From Kudoa neothunni (taxonomy: Eukaryota; Animalia; Cnidaria), in the NCBI GenBank assembly GCA_964304625.1, contig OZ199839.1:8040497-8104496 (forward strand): a stretch of 64,000 bases of DNA. The letters run 5' to 3'. Positions 50,101 through 63,254 of this stretch are shown here, one piece after another. Below the pieces are notes generated by a model. The model was not told the origin of the DNA. It was given only the letters and a program-made list of their open reading frames with translations, and made no database searches. The position numbers and the translations under genes are program-made. Position 1 is the stretch's first letter. Every line of letters begins with the position of its first letter.

Positions 50101-51820
50101 AGTATGTTGACAATAATGGAGTGGCAATAGTTTCTGTGACAACTATGAGAAGGTTATATTTGAATAAATATCCATTAAATACCAAATTTTTTCTGAATAT
50201 ATCCTTCATACGTGTCTTCACTTTTGGCCAAAGATACATGTCTAGTTTGAATCAATACTTCAACAACGGACTTGGAATCGTCGAAAATGAGCTCAACATT
50301 ATTACAAGGTGCATGACATTTACTTGCTGAACCACACTTTGACTTGTATTCAACACTGTTATCGGCTGTTGACTTATCTCTTATACTGAAAAGACACATT
50401 TCGAAGGAAATTTGTTTGTAAACTTTAACATATACTTCGTTGTATCACTCGAAATAGAGGTCACGTAATATTGTGGTTGATAAATATCAATGTTTTAATA
50501 GAGTATATTTATTTTGCAGTTTGTAAAAGAAGCTAGGATAATTGTCGCATTTCATTTCATAGTGTGGAATCAATCAAATTAAAATCCATTTCACTTACAA
50601 TATTTTCTGTGCAAGCATTTTTAGCTTCTCCTTCCGCATATTTCACGCCCTTGTAAAATATGGGGCATTTCACCGGATTACATGTTTTTGTACTAAATTT
50701 CAGTTTTTTCACATTTTTCTCGATTGTAACCTGTGGGTTAAACCAATAATGCTAAATGAAATTTACTAAAAATATTCGATGCTTTAATTACGCCATTCTA
50801 ATCCAAACATCCAGCCCCCATCTTTATTTTTATTTGCAGCAGTCGCTGCTGAACTATCCGTAAAGACGGCAACATACTTTGTCCTCGGAGGAAACTTGTC
50901 AAAACCAAGATTATGTTCATTTCCTGAGCATGCCCAAACACATTTGCTATTATTTGCATCGTCAACGCGACCAGAGCAATCGTTAATTTCAACAAGATCC
51001 GTGTCTACATCATTAGATTTTTTGATGTGGCAACTTTTCTCCGTAGAATAGTCGCTCCCAGTTAAAATTAAACTTAACTTTAATTGATTGCCCTCTTCCA
51101 CAAGTTTGTAAATTAAAGGGGTTGCAGTAGAGACTGGGTTTGGAGCACCTCCTGGACAGTTTGCGTGTATATAAGTGAAAAGTAGGCTATACGTTATTAG
51201 TAGCATTCTGTTGTAGTATGTGTATTTACGCAACAGAAAATTACAAATTCCTAAAAGGTAGATAAAGTCTTTCATTATATTTTGGAAAAGAAATAAACGA
51301 TAGTTTTCGTTCAATATAAAAATCAAAAATTTGATAGATTATAATTAATATATATACACAGAATGAATGTCGCCTTAAAACCCAATGAAACATCGATATA
51401 AATATTCGGAAATATTAATCCATCTTAATAAATATTCTGAGGGATAGTAATTTATAACCCCTAAAATTAAATTAAAGAATACGATTAAAATTCGACACAT
51501 TCTAACCAATATGAAGGAAGTTTAGACTAAATATTATTTCACATCGTAATGCTGATTTAAATATTTATAATAAAAAAGACAAGGGGATATAGGGCTTCCT
51601 TGACATTGATAATTTTATAAAATCTTGTGATATTAGGTAAGATTTTAAATATAATTAGATTGTTTTCGTATAAATAAAAATATTTGTTATCATTTCTAGA
51701 ATATAGATTCCATTAAATTATAGATTAACTCAAATGTTAAATGCAACGAAATTTATTTTCTCAAGCAAGAAATAATTTTACTTCTCTTCAAACGTTACTG
51801 ATAAACCAATCAAAAACTAT
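46742..51820. repeat. Direct segmental duplication of ~1-5070 (3' flank, family A gene and upstream region)
   Basis: 46742 onward reproduces the first bases of the window almost exactly and stays collinear through A5/A1 and their upstream regions. Confidence 0.85.
48372..51275 (-). CDS. Family A copy A5 (multiple single-base frameshifts: pseudogene or sequencing errors)
   Basis: ATG 51275 (MKDFIYLLGICNFLL). Same exon layout; ends VVGVGFYFGYWKNKN TAG at 48372. Indels in exons 3-7. Confidence 0.8.
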
Positions 51821-51827
51821 ACATTAA

Positions 51828-54455
51828 CTCTTTCATGCCAAATGTCCACCCTGGTACCCCACAAATTATACATACCATAAACATGCATTTAAATTTATTT
51901 AGATGATTTATTGAATTATTACATTTTTTTAAAAGTTAAATGTTTGTTTTCAGTAATGGCCAATTAGGTAAACTAAGAGATCTAGCATTTATAATAAGTT
52001 AAATAGTAATCCTTACATAAAATCAACAAGGAATACAAAAAATTCAAATTTATACTCATGAGTCGGCTTTTTCTTATCAAGAAAAATTAAAATTACGAAC
52101 ATTAAAACGTGGTTCAATGCGCTATATTTCATAAGATATTTAGCAACCTATCAAAAGATAATGACCTAATCAACACTTGGGTACTAGGAAGGACATTTGG
52201 CATTCGTGGATCTCCGGCTTTCGAACACATGTATCACAATTTGGTTTTTAAATGTTCAAAAGAGGGAATCATAAAAACTGAAATTGTGATATTTCCTGAT
52301 CCAGAGGAATATGTTGAAGTCTTTGGAACACAGAATCTCGAACGAAGGGTTCTTGAAGCTTACACTGACAATAATCAAGATTCAGACTGTTCTGATGAGG
52401 AAGTTGTACCAATCTTTAACTGTTTAATAAGTGAAACCCTTGGAAATATGCCAAATATTCCGGAGACGGAAGATATTGTTTTTAGTGAAGTTACCGATCT
52501 CGTTTTACCGATAGATTATATCAACTTCTTTTTCAATGAAGACCTAATTCTGTTAATTATTGAAAAAATGAATTTATATTCAGTTCAGCAAAATTATAAT
52601 TTTCAAGTTAGTAAAGAAGATATAAAACGTTTATAGGAACGTTGATTATCTTGGGAATTGTCAAAATGCGGAGATGTCGTTGCTATTGGTCTAAAATTCT
52701 GAATTATCCACCTGTTTCTGAGTTTATGTCGAGAACCCGCTTTGAAAATATTTCAAAATATTTACACTTCACTGATAATATGAAAATTATCACAAATCCG
52801 AATTCTTCAGAATATGATAAATTTGCAAAGATTCGACCGGTTTTAGATTCTATTAGAGCAAATTGTTTGAAAGTTGAATGTTGAAGAAAGAATTCAATTG
52901 ACAAGAAAATTATTCCATTCAAAGGTAGGTGTAAATTGAAACAATATGCTCAAAAGAAACCGACGAAATGGGGATTCAAAATGTCCGCGAGATGTGGAGT
53001 TAATAGGCTAATGCATGATTTTTATTTGTACGATGGGGAAAAACCTGATGTGGTTAAAAGTTGTGGTCTAGTATCCGGTGACTTTGTTAGAAAGTTGTGT
53101 GAAAGTTTACCCTTGTCCAAAATTTATTTTGTCTACTTCGACAACTGGTTTATATCCATTCCCCTTCAAATTTTATTAAAACAAAGGAGCATTTACTCGG
53201 TGGGAACCATTTGCAAGAATAAATTAAAGGGATGTCTATTACAGAATGAGACTGATTTAAAAATCCGGGGTCGAGGAGCATTTGAGAGTGTGCACAACGC
53301 TAATGATAATATTTCCATAACACGTTGGTTTGATGGATCTGTTGTAACTCTCTCATCTATTCATTCTTTGATCCAACCGAATAAAATTGCGAAAAGATTT
53401 GACCGCCCAAAAAATCATGAATGACATTCCGTGTCCTGCAGTTGTAGACGAATATAACCAAAATATGGGAGGAGTGGACCCTTCAGATATGTTGATGTCG
53501 CTCTACGTAACGAAACATAAATGTAAAAAATATTACATGCGAATTTTCTTCTGGGCTCTCAATACATGTATTATAAATGCGTGATTATTACACAAACGAA
53601 ATTGTAAGATTCAAAAAATTCCTAAGAGAGATAGAGTAGACTTGATGAATTTTTCGTTAATAATAGGCGAAAGTCTTCGTTACTACCAAATAGCAAGTGC
53701 TCCGAAAAAACATGATAGAGTGTCTCTTAATAATTCTTTAGAAAAAATTGATGATAAATATGGAAGATCTAAAATAAGAAAACATCCTCTCAGTAATCAT
53801 ATTCGAATGGATAACGTAGGGCATTTTCCTGAAATAGTGTGAGTTAAATTCAGATGTAGAATATGCTGTTATATCCTTCGAGATTAAGCAATAAACATAA
53901 TTAATTTACCGCTCACTTTGAGGGATTATATAATATATTCTCCTAGTTATCGTATTTTGAGTTTACTCGTGCCTCTTTCTTAGCGTAAATTTGCAATTAT
54001 TTACATATGCCAACGAAAAACTCAATTTAAATGCACTAAATGCTATTCTTTTTGTTGTATTGTGAAAGATAGAAACTGTTTTTTAAATTATCATAGTTCA
54101 AATATCTAAAGAATTTTCAAATTTATTTTGTTTGTTTTTGTGCGCAGTTTAATGCGCGAAATCGTTGTTTACCACCAATGCCAAATGTCCACCTCGGTAT
54201 CCGCGCTAAAAACAGCTGAAATTATACTTTTAATCAATTTATATCTCAATAAAATCATTAAATATAGGATATTGAGTGCTGTAACAATACTACGCGTACA
54301 TTAAACAGGGAGCGGCGGCTCTGTTGAACCACTAATAACCTATATAGTATTGAGTCATATTGGTGCATTTATTCATTGAGTATCTATTCGTTATAAGTGC
54401 CTGTAATATATTAAAAAAATCGTGAAATGAAATACAAAATTTGGGTACGAAAGGG
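51828..54455 (+). mobile_element. Degenerate piggyBac transposon inserted upstream of A5
   Basis: TTAA-CTCTTTCATGCCAAA ... TTTGGGTACGAAAGGG-TTAA. Motifs MSRTRFENISKYLHFTDN, KPTKWGFK, VYFDNWFIS, YNQNMGGVD and a C-terminal Cys-rich finger. The family A upstream homology resumes on the far side. Confidence 0.9.
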
Positions 54456-55913
54456 TTAAAATATTCATAAACAGGGCCGAGAAAATTTTGGCTAATATCG
54501 CTTTACCAAAGTTTTCGGAGAATCCGATAAAACATTTTAAAGCTGAATATCTGATTAAACCCTGAGGGTTAACAATTTTTTCGACGGAGATTCATGATGA
54601 ATTTAAACTATATTTAATTGCTGGTGTTGATATAATAATTAGCACTGCCAACCCAAATCGGACATTCGGCAAAAATTTTTCCGGACAAAATCTGACCAAT
54701 CAGAATTTTTTATGAAAATAGAATTAATATTTAATTACAGTCGGGTCTCGGTATTGCGTAATATTTTGGGACCGGGAAAAAATTCCGCAATATCGAACCA
54801 CCTGCGCACGCACAGCAACGTTAATTTAACATTTCTTACAAAATAAATCATCTACTTGATATTTTTTATTTATTTATTGATAATTTCGCATGAGGCATAC
54901 TTAAATTGATATACAGAAAATAATTTAATAGGATTCTCAATGACTCGTTTTTTCGCGGATTTATAAGATTTTATACTTGAAACGTTGTAACGATTTCATC
55001 ATTGTCTATGAGATCAGGATCTTCACTCCAAAAAGTAAATTTACCTTGATCATCTTAATTTAAATGTAAAATTTCGTTTCTTCCAAAAAATAATATCATA
55101 ATATATTATTATCTACACATATGAATATTGAAATTTTACTATCAATTACTGCATAATGTTATTTCATCATCACATTACTTTAAAATTTTGTCTTGCTAGT
55201 TTTTAAATAAAAAAGAAGAATAATCAATTATTTTGGTTGGAAAATAGGTGGCTTATTAGTTCAATTATTAATTTTTTAACACTATCCATTCCCGAACCAA
55301 TTTAAACGCATTTAAATATTCAAATAAGGCATATTTAAATATTTTTGGATCTTTCTCTCCGAATAGAACATTTATGCACATTATTTTTCTCTAATTGGGT
55401 GTTAAGCGATGAATTATTCCCAGATCAATTTGCCGCACCACACAAACATTGTTTTTGATAGAAATAGGAGCTGGTTGCTTTCGAAATAATCGATAGATTA
55501 AGGACGATATGAGAAATGTTCTAATAAAGTTAAAACCTTTCTGTTTTCTTTAATGAATCTCTGGTTCATATATTTGAGGATATGATAAAATATAGATGAA
55601 GATAATAACGCATTCATTTGCGAATGACATTAAACTGAGAGCTCATTATTTCCCCTGAAACAGCGATTATTGTTAAAATTTTCTTATCACGTGTAATTGC
55701 AATTTTTCTTCGGTCATTGTAGCAGTGATAAACATCGTAGCACGCTTTTGAATTGTTTTACACCCACACATTGTGCTAATTTTTAATAGTGGACGTACGC
55801 TGTATCATCTGTTCATAAAAGTGAACCCCTCTCATCCAAATTTAATATGTATTCCAGATTGTACCTTGACAAAATCTCGGTAAAATCTCCCATCTATTGA
55901 TAAATATATTTAA

Positions 55914-58256
55914 CCCTTTAAAGACGCAAAAAAAACTATCCTCATATAACATTAGGGTCAATATGACTCCAGATATTTATTTGGTAAATTTTTGAAATTT
56001 ATCTACCAGCAGATTTTCAAATAAAACGATAATAAATAATCAATTGATCCGCTTTTAGGACAGAAAATTACACATATATAATTTTTATAGGAAAAATAAA
56101 CTCTATAATTATATTCAAAAGAGAATCTAGGTAATAATTAATTCAAACAATTGCAACATTTGTTGGATGAGTGTACTCGGCAGTATGGTCTATTACAATT
56201 CGAACAACGAAGGAACGTTTTCTTATCATTTCCACTAGAACAATAACTACATCATGTTCTTTGGTTTTTTATTTGGGGAATATTTGTAATTGGTTCGGGG
56301 AAAGGTGATTTTCTTTTAACAACTTTGCTATTATTCAAATTTAGATTGATAAGTGGTTGGTAAAGAGTTTCAGCGATTTCTTTTAGAAAGGTTCGACGGA
56401 TTTTATTTTGGCTATTAAAAATATTCTTACTTAATGCCAAAGAATTAATCAAGAATAAGTCGAGAATATTGAAAAAAATTATCATTGGCCATCTGCGAAG
56501 AGAAACTGAGGCAAGCATTCGACCAATGGTGTCGACCTCATCCTTCGCTTTATTGTAGCATATGATCACTTCAAGCTTTTTTTTGTGTGAGGTATCGAGG
56601 ATGTTAACATTGGAGGTTCCAGTTGAGATTAAAATGACAGCTTTATTTTTTTATTGACATACGACGTTAGCGTATTTTTCTCAAAAAAGGCAAAAGTTGC
56701 ACTATATAATTCCCTTTTTTCGAAGCAAGCACGCAAGTTGGAAGTTCCCTTTTGTTGTGCCGAATAATACCCAAGTATGTCAATTTTGTTTGTAGCAGCT
56801 TTGATGCAAGTGGAAAAAAAGAAAAAAAATTATCAGCCACGATATTTCTTCCTGAATGATGTATTGGTTCAGAGAATGATAGGACGATACCTTCAGCAAC
56901 ATTTAGATTTTGTTCGATATTTTCATTTTTACCCAGGTATGGGGAGATATTTAAAACATACTTTTCGATTGGATTGACAAGTAAAAAAAATTTTAAGCCA
57001 TATCTTGCTGATTTCAAAGGCATATATTGCTTAAGGGGACATCTTCCCTTGAATGCAACAAACTGCTCGTCAATTGTGACGTCTTGGTTTAGGTAGAAAC
57101 ATTTTGGTAGTTTTCTTGTCCATATTTCCCATACTTCACGTATTGGGAAAAATTTATCTGTGATTCTTCTCTCTAGACTAGTTTTTACGTCATCAAAATA
57201 AACAGATCGTGAATTTGGTAAAATCTTGTCCTTGAAAAAATTGTTCGATAGATTTCTCTACCCTCAGACACACCGAACAATCCTGCCATGGGCTCCTCCC
57301 GATCTTTATGAACAGAAATAAGGATAAGTACGCCTAAATATCCAATAAACTCCGTGGAGTCAATGTCAGTCCAATTTTCTTTAAAATGACTATGCCCAAA
57401 AATATTTGTACATTCAATAATTCTTTGACGTATACTTGTAGTGAACATTATGGAAAGACAGTCCAAAATATCACGAACTCTCCGTAAACAATAAAATGTC
57501 GGACCAGGATGAGAGCTCATGTTTTCAGCTGATGCTTTAGAAACAACAGGTTTGGTTAAGCTCCAGGTGATTCCACTTATATTAGTTGTAAAGCTATCGG
57601 TTTCAACAATTTCCGAAAGTTCATCTGACGATTTTAGAAATTTCAGACAAAACGTCTTCAAACTCGCTTCCTGACGATTCGTATCGCCAGTTGACATCTC
57701 AACACCACTCATCGTCCCGCGATAAAATTGCGCACAATATTGAGGTTGTTAATATATTACTATAATATAATGTTGAATAAAACAGGATCATGGCTTTGTC
57801 AAATAATTTAGTATAGTTAAAATGTAATATGAAAAATATTTTCGTATTAACTCTTAAAACAAACACAACACTATTTTGTTAATCCAACGGTAATGAGCGA
57901 AATGAAGATGAAGTAAACCGATGAAGATTAAATGGGATTAATTAACGTATTTAATATCGTTTTACTCGAAATTCAACCATTAGAATTTTTTTAATACTTT
58001 ATCATTGTGATTATAAAAATTTATTACCCTAATTTATCAAATAAAAATCTGGGGTCATATTGACCCCAACATAATTTGAGGACAGTTTTTTATTAAATTT
58101 TCCAGTCATTATTTTTTATCATTTTTCGTTGAAATTACTACTACAAAAATATAGGAGAATAGATGGAATCTTGTGATGTAATGAAGAATCCTAACCAAGT
58201 TACTGGAGAATTAATCAGGCTTTGGGGTCATATTAACCCCAATGTCTTTAGAGGCG
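55914..58256 (-). mobile_element. Degenerate piggyBac transposon (PGBD4-like)
   Basis: TTAA-CCCTTTAAAGAC ... GTCTTTAGAGGCG ends; palindromic GGGGTCATATTGACCCC subterminal motifs. Motifs TIDEQFVAFKGRCP, MPLKSARYGLK, RNIVADNFFS and RRWPMIIFFNILD. Confidence 0.9.
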
Positions 58257-59424
58257 TAAAATCAGCGCTTTCCTTCTCCGTGCAATTTGAGTTATTCAGA
58301 CCGTAACGCCTCATGCAATTATTAAACTAACCCTCGCTTCCGTTAAAATCTTTTATTCAATTATCTTTGACAATAATAAAAGATTATTTGATCATTAAAA
58401 TGTTAGATAGTAGCTTTTTCTCGCATTGAAACCATCCAATTGTAAAAATAATTTTAATATCTTTATATTTTCCGGGTTTGAATATTTTGAAATGTTTGAA
58501 TCTATGGTTTCGTCTTGTTTAGAAAAACTTCTAAAAAGATTTAAATAATCTATTTTAAATTATCGAACAATACTGAAGTAAATATAATTTGGTTAACCGA
58601 AACGCTTTATAGTAATATCATTGGCGCCACGTATAAACTTATAAAATTTTAGAATTCGATCATTTTTATTATATTCTCTTTAGTTATTTGAGAACTTACA
58701 ATGCTTGTTTTAGCGCATCCATCAGACTAAAGGGATTTAAATTAAAAAAAATGAGGTACGCAATAGCGAGACACAAGGTTTTTCCTAATTTGTTTGATAT
58801 CCGCTTGTTCATAGTTTTGTTTTTTTATATAGTTACCCATTTAAGCATACTTAATATGATTATTATGTTTTGTTTAGTGAATTAAAACGCATAATGCCAA
58901 TAAAGCTAAGTTACGCATTATCGGGCACAACTATAATTGTATTTATTCCATCCCTATTGTTAATTGAGATATCAAAGTTTTTACTTTTAGTTAAATTAGT
59001 AAATATTTATGAATAAGAAGCATTAAATCTCGAAAATGGACATTGACACGGATCATAATATCCTGGTGGGCATAGTTTTTACTGCATTAAATGCAGCAGA
59101 GTCCAAAAAATAAACTTTATAGGTCAACTGTAGATAGGAGTTGCCATATTGGATTAAAAACTTTCGTGTCAATACCTAATGCCTTACATTATGTATATCC
59201 ACTAAAATAATAGATTAAAAAACCTGAGGTTGAGTTAATGTTGCAATGATTTAAGAACAAAGTTGAAATATTTTGTGATAAAAAAGGTCTTGTCATTTTT
59301 AATAAACATTTTTTGGTCTTGACCACTCGTATTCAATTAACTCAATTCAGCTTTCTAATTAATATTATTAATTTCGTTAATCCTTATTGAATTTATTATT
59401 CATCATCGACGATAGTACAAAATT

Positions 59425-61433
59425 ATGAAATTAGTTTTTTTGTGCTTTACTCTACTTTATACAGGTAACCTAATTCAATATTGGTTTATACATAATTTCG
59501 GGCGTAGTCCAACTTCATAGGTATTATATCGTGAGAAATAATGAGCTTCACAAGAATACCATTCATCTGAACTTAGAAGGAAATCCAACTCATCTTTGTC
59601 GCATCAAATTATTCACCAAAGATGAGACTTCTTATTTTTATCGAGATGTTAATTGTGGGGGTCGAAATATTTGTGAAGTTCCCTGCAGTGGAGAGTACAC
59701 TATTCACACCGACCACATAGCTCCTCATCATTTTCTTCAAATAGCCTCAAAGGCTAAAACAGACTACCTCAAAGTTGTTCACAGTATATTCATGGTGAGT
59801 CATATTTTTAAGTGATACTGTTCTCTAGCCACTTCATCTGCTCCTTTCTCCTCATACCACTTTGATGATTCAAGTGTGATCTTTATCACCAAGCATCTGT
59901 GCGAAGAGTCGCCTTTCGTTTGTCAGATTAGATCTGGACAGTTTACCGTTAAGAGTTACACTATTGATTCACAGCCTCGATGTGGTGATGAATACTTGCT
60001 GAGCAGTTATTACAATATTTACAATAAACCGCTTGAACTATACTGCGGACCTCACAATCCAAAACTTTTCTTTGATAAAAATATGTTACTAAATAACAAA
60101 GCAAACCTACTGAAAAGATTTCCTGTGAGAATCAAAAATAATACTGCCGCAAACAAAATGAACATCATATTCGATGAACCCATTCCCGACACAATTTGTA
60201 AATTCGAAATCGCTAAAAAGACTGGTACTTTAGAATCTAAATGCGAAGTCACTAATGATGGTGCCTGTTACCAAATGTGCCAAAATGTTACAATGGAGAC
60301 AAATTATATTACTACCGATAAAAATTTTAATGTTAAAATAACCACCAGGGATGGAATAACCGAATCATTGTTGATGTCAAGTAATTTAGTAATATTTAAA
60401 CCTCTTTTATATTTTTATTAGACGAAAAAAATGATATTGAAATAAAGGATATAGGCAAGTATAAAGCTACTTTAGGGGTCGCCGCACTTCATGAGAATAG
60501 TGCTCAATGCAAGGTTGAACTATATTTACAAGCTAACTACGTAAAAATAGACTCAAAATCTGTAGGATTACAAGGGTATACAAATTTTGTAACATGTAAT
60601 GCTGATATAACTATATTAAATCTTATGGCTGATACAAAATATGTTGTCAGCGTACAATATAAATCTTCTAGTAGTGAGGCTGCAGTGCACATTAATAAAA
60701 TTTTTAAAACAGGTAAATGAATTTATTTTATAGCAATTAACAATATTTATAAAAGCTAAAATTGGTGACGTTACCGCTGAAATCACAACATACCCTCGAA
60801 ATGTTGTTATTATTCCACAACAAATAGAACATGAAAATTATCAAGCAGAGTGCGTAATAATGCAAGCATTAAATGGCAACCAGGATTTTGTTCGATCAGT
60901 GTGTGAAGAATCACACAACTGCTTGGGGTTGTGCACCTCAACATTTACCATCACCAGGTTGAAACCGGATACCGAATATAAATTTAAAGCTGTTCCATTG
61001 AGTTTCTATGTGGAGACCGACGCTCTAACGAAAAGCGTTCGAACAGGTATTCATTGTTTGTAAATTTAAAATTGACAAACTTTTAGAGTCTTTATTCAAG
61101 AAGGTGGAGCTTGAATATAAATGGACGGAAAATGATTTGGAGATAACAGTAAAGGTGCAAGGTAGGAATGATGGAATTTGCGACTTTACCTTTGTGGAAA
61201 AAACTGAAGGAAAGGAAACAAAACTACTTGCTGTACACGACCAAACAAACGGCTGGAATGAACCATGCAACTCCAAAATCACCTTTTTTGATGTTCCTGA
61301 GTACAAATCAGCCACAGTGATAGTCCAACGCAGATATGACGGTGAGCCAGTTGAGTTGGAACTCTTTATCACAGACCCAGAAGCTGTGACTGCATCGACA
61401 ACTGAAACAACTGCTACTCCTACAAGCACCTAA
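59425..61433 (+). CDS. Family C: intact 598-aa spliced protein with signal peptide, 6 Cys-rich FN3-like modules and a Thr-rich C-terminus, no in-frame TM
   Basis: Exons: 59425-59464, 59508-59783, 59829-60380, 60422-60712, 60756-61046, 61087-61433. Introns 43, 45, 41, 43, 40 nt, all GT..AG and phase 1; no frameshift needed. FN3-like ITRLKPDTEYKFKAV and ILNLMADTKYVVSV. Homologous to family B (TIHLNLEG versus TIHLKLEG). Confidence 0.9.
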
Positions 61434-61786
61434 AAATACTTATTATAAACTCTTTAATTTTAGGTTACCTTATTTTTTAGTTATCGATGAGATAATTAAT
61501 ACATTTTTTGAATTTATCTTTCTTATTTATAGTATTGTCTCTTTTTTTCAATGTAATATTATTTTTTACACTAATTAAAAAAATATTAAATTAATTTTTG
61601 TCTGAATAATAATGGAAAATATTATTTTTCTGCAGTATAAATTGATTTTTTATAATACAGAAATTAATATTATTCTATTAAAGCTATGGCAATATCAACA
61701 TCTTTTAAAGAACTAATTTTGGCATAAAATATAATAATGATCTTTATTGGTAGTTCTAGATTTTTCAAAGGTTTAATAAGTATATA

Positions 61787-62946
61787 CAGTAGCGCAGGGT
61801 TATTACGTAGCAAGATTATTGGTTATTGCGCACTTTTAGAAATAGTGTGAAAAATTCAAAATATACGAATTATCTATAGATATAAATCGTGAGATAAGAG
61901 TAAAATACGTCGATTAATTTAATTAGAGAATTAAGAAACAATATTTCCGTTGGGAAAAACAGGAGTGCACACTTATTGCAAACTTCATGATTATTACGCA
62001 CCTGAGATTTATTGTTTGATTACATCGGCATGGTTAGTACGCAGTGGGAAAATAGGGAAAATTATTGCTTACTTGAAGAAAACATGTAGATTATTAAATA
62101 ATTTGAAAAATTAGGGACCAAGAGTGGAAATAAAGTGAACATCATTAGGCGCTCCGGCCTTAAATCAATCACCCCATTGAATACAATTGTATCAATAAAA
62201 TCAAAAATATTTTCAGACTTAATTTAAAGTGATTTAAGATTTTATCCCAAAACTCTTAAAAAAAATTCAAACTACTCGATATAAGAATAAATGAATGGAT
62301 CTAACTTTCGAGAACAAGAAATATAAAACTGTCCAGAGAGCACAATATAATTGGAAAATAAATTAGTCAATGGCATAAAGGACGACACGAAAGACAGCAC
62401 TCCTATAACTGCCGGTCGAGGACAGTTCCATGAGTTTCCTTCGAAAACAGTCTAAAAATGAACAGATTAAATATAAATCTAAAAGAAGGAAAGAAATTTT
62501 TCGTTTTGCAAAATATAATAAACTTTGTTTAAAACAAGAGAAATAACGAATTTCATGTTGAGAAAATAATTCTGTCTTAAACTACCTTATTTATTTTCAA
62601 GATACTCTGAACAATAAAAAAATTATTACGAAAATTTTTCACATCTCTCTATTCAAGTTATTATTAATGCAACGAAAGTGTGGTGCCCCTTATATAATAT
62701 AATAACTTCTATAGTATGATCGACCATCGTCGCGGGACAGGTATTATTAGTTTGCGAATTGTGGTTTTATCGCCTGCCACCGCTGCATTAGAGAGGGAAT
62801 AAATAAAAAACGCAGGAAAAGTGGTCGCGCCCCGCCAAATTTTCCCGTATATGCACAGGCGCTAAAGCATGGATATTAAATAGTGCAGGGATATTACGCA
62901 CTCGAATTTTTGTCCCAAAAAAGTGCGTAATATCCCTGCATAACTG
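61787..62946. mobile_element. Non-autonomous Tc1/mariner/pogo-type element (MITE-like)
   Basis: TA-CAGTAGCGCAGGGTTATTACG ... CGTAATATCCCTGCATAACTG-TA. Absent at the paralogous empty site near 29632 (aagtatacattgatttcttaatagg). Confidence 0.85.
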
Positions 62947-63254
62947 TATTTGATTTCTTAATAGGTAAATAGAAAAGTAGCTGATCATGAATTAGCAACA
63001 AATATCTTTTTTTATCTAAGTGAAGCATTTGTACTTTAATATGATTATTTTTTTGTGACATTATTAGTAAAGTAGAAAAGTTTGTAGTTTTCGTTTTAAT
63101 GCTATTTATCGGCTCTCAATTGTATTGTTGAAATGTTATTCAGTCTTATAGTTCGTGCTTCAATTACACAGTTTCGTACCTATTGTCATCTAGAGTTATT
63201 CATTTGTATAATTATTATTAAAATTAATAACGCCGTTATAATTAAGAACCAAAA

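Noticed and set aside
52109-53842. Domesticated PGBD host gene
   Set aside because: Multiple in-frame stops and frameshifts, flanking TIRs and TTAA TSDs indicate a decayed transposon.
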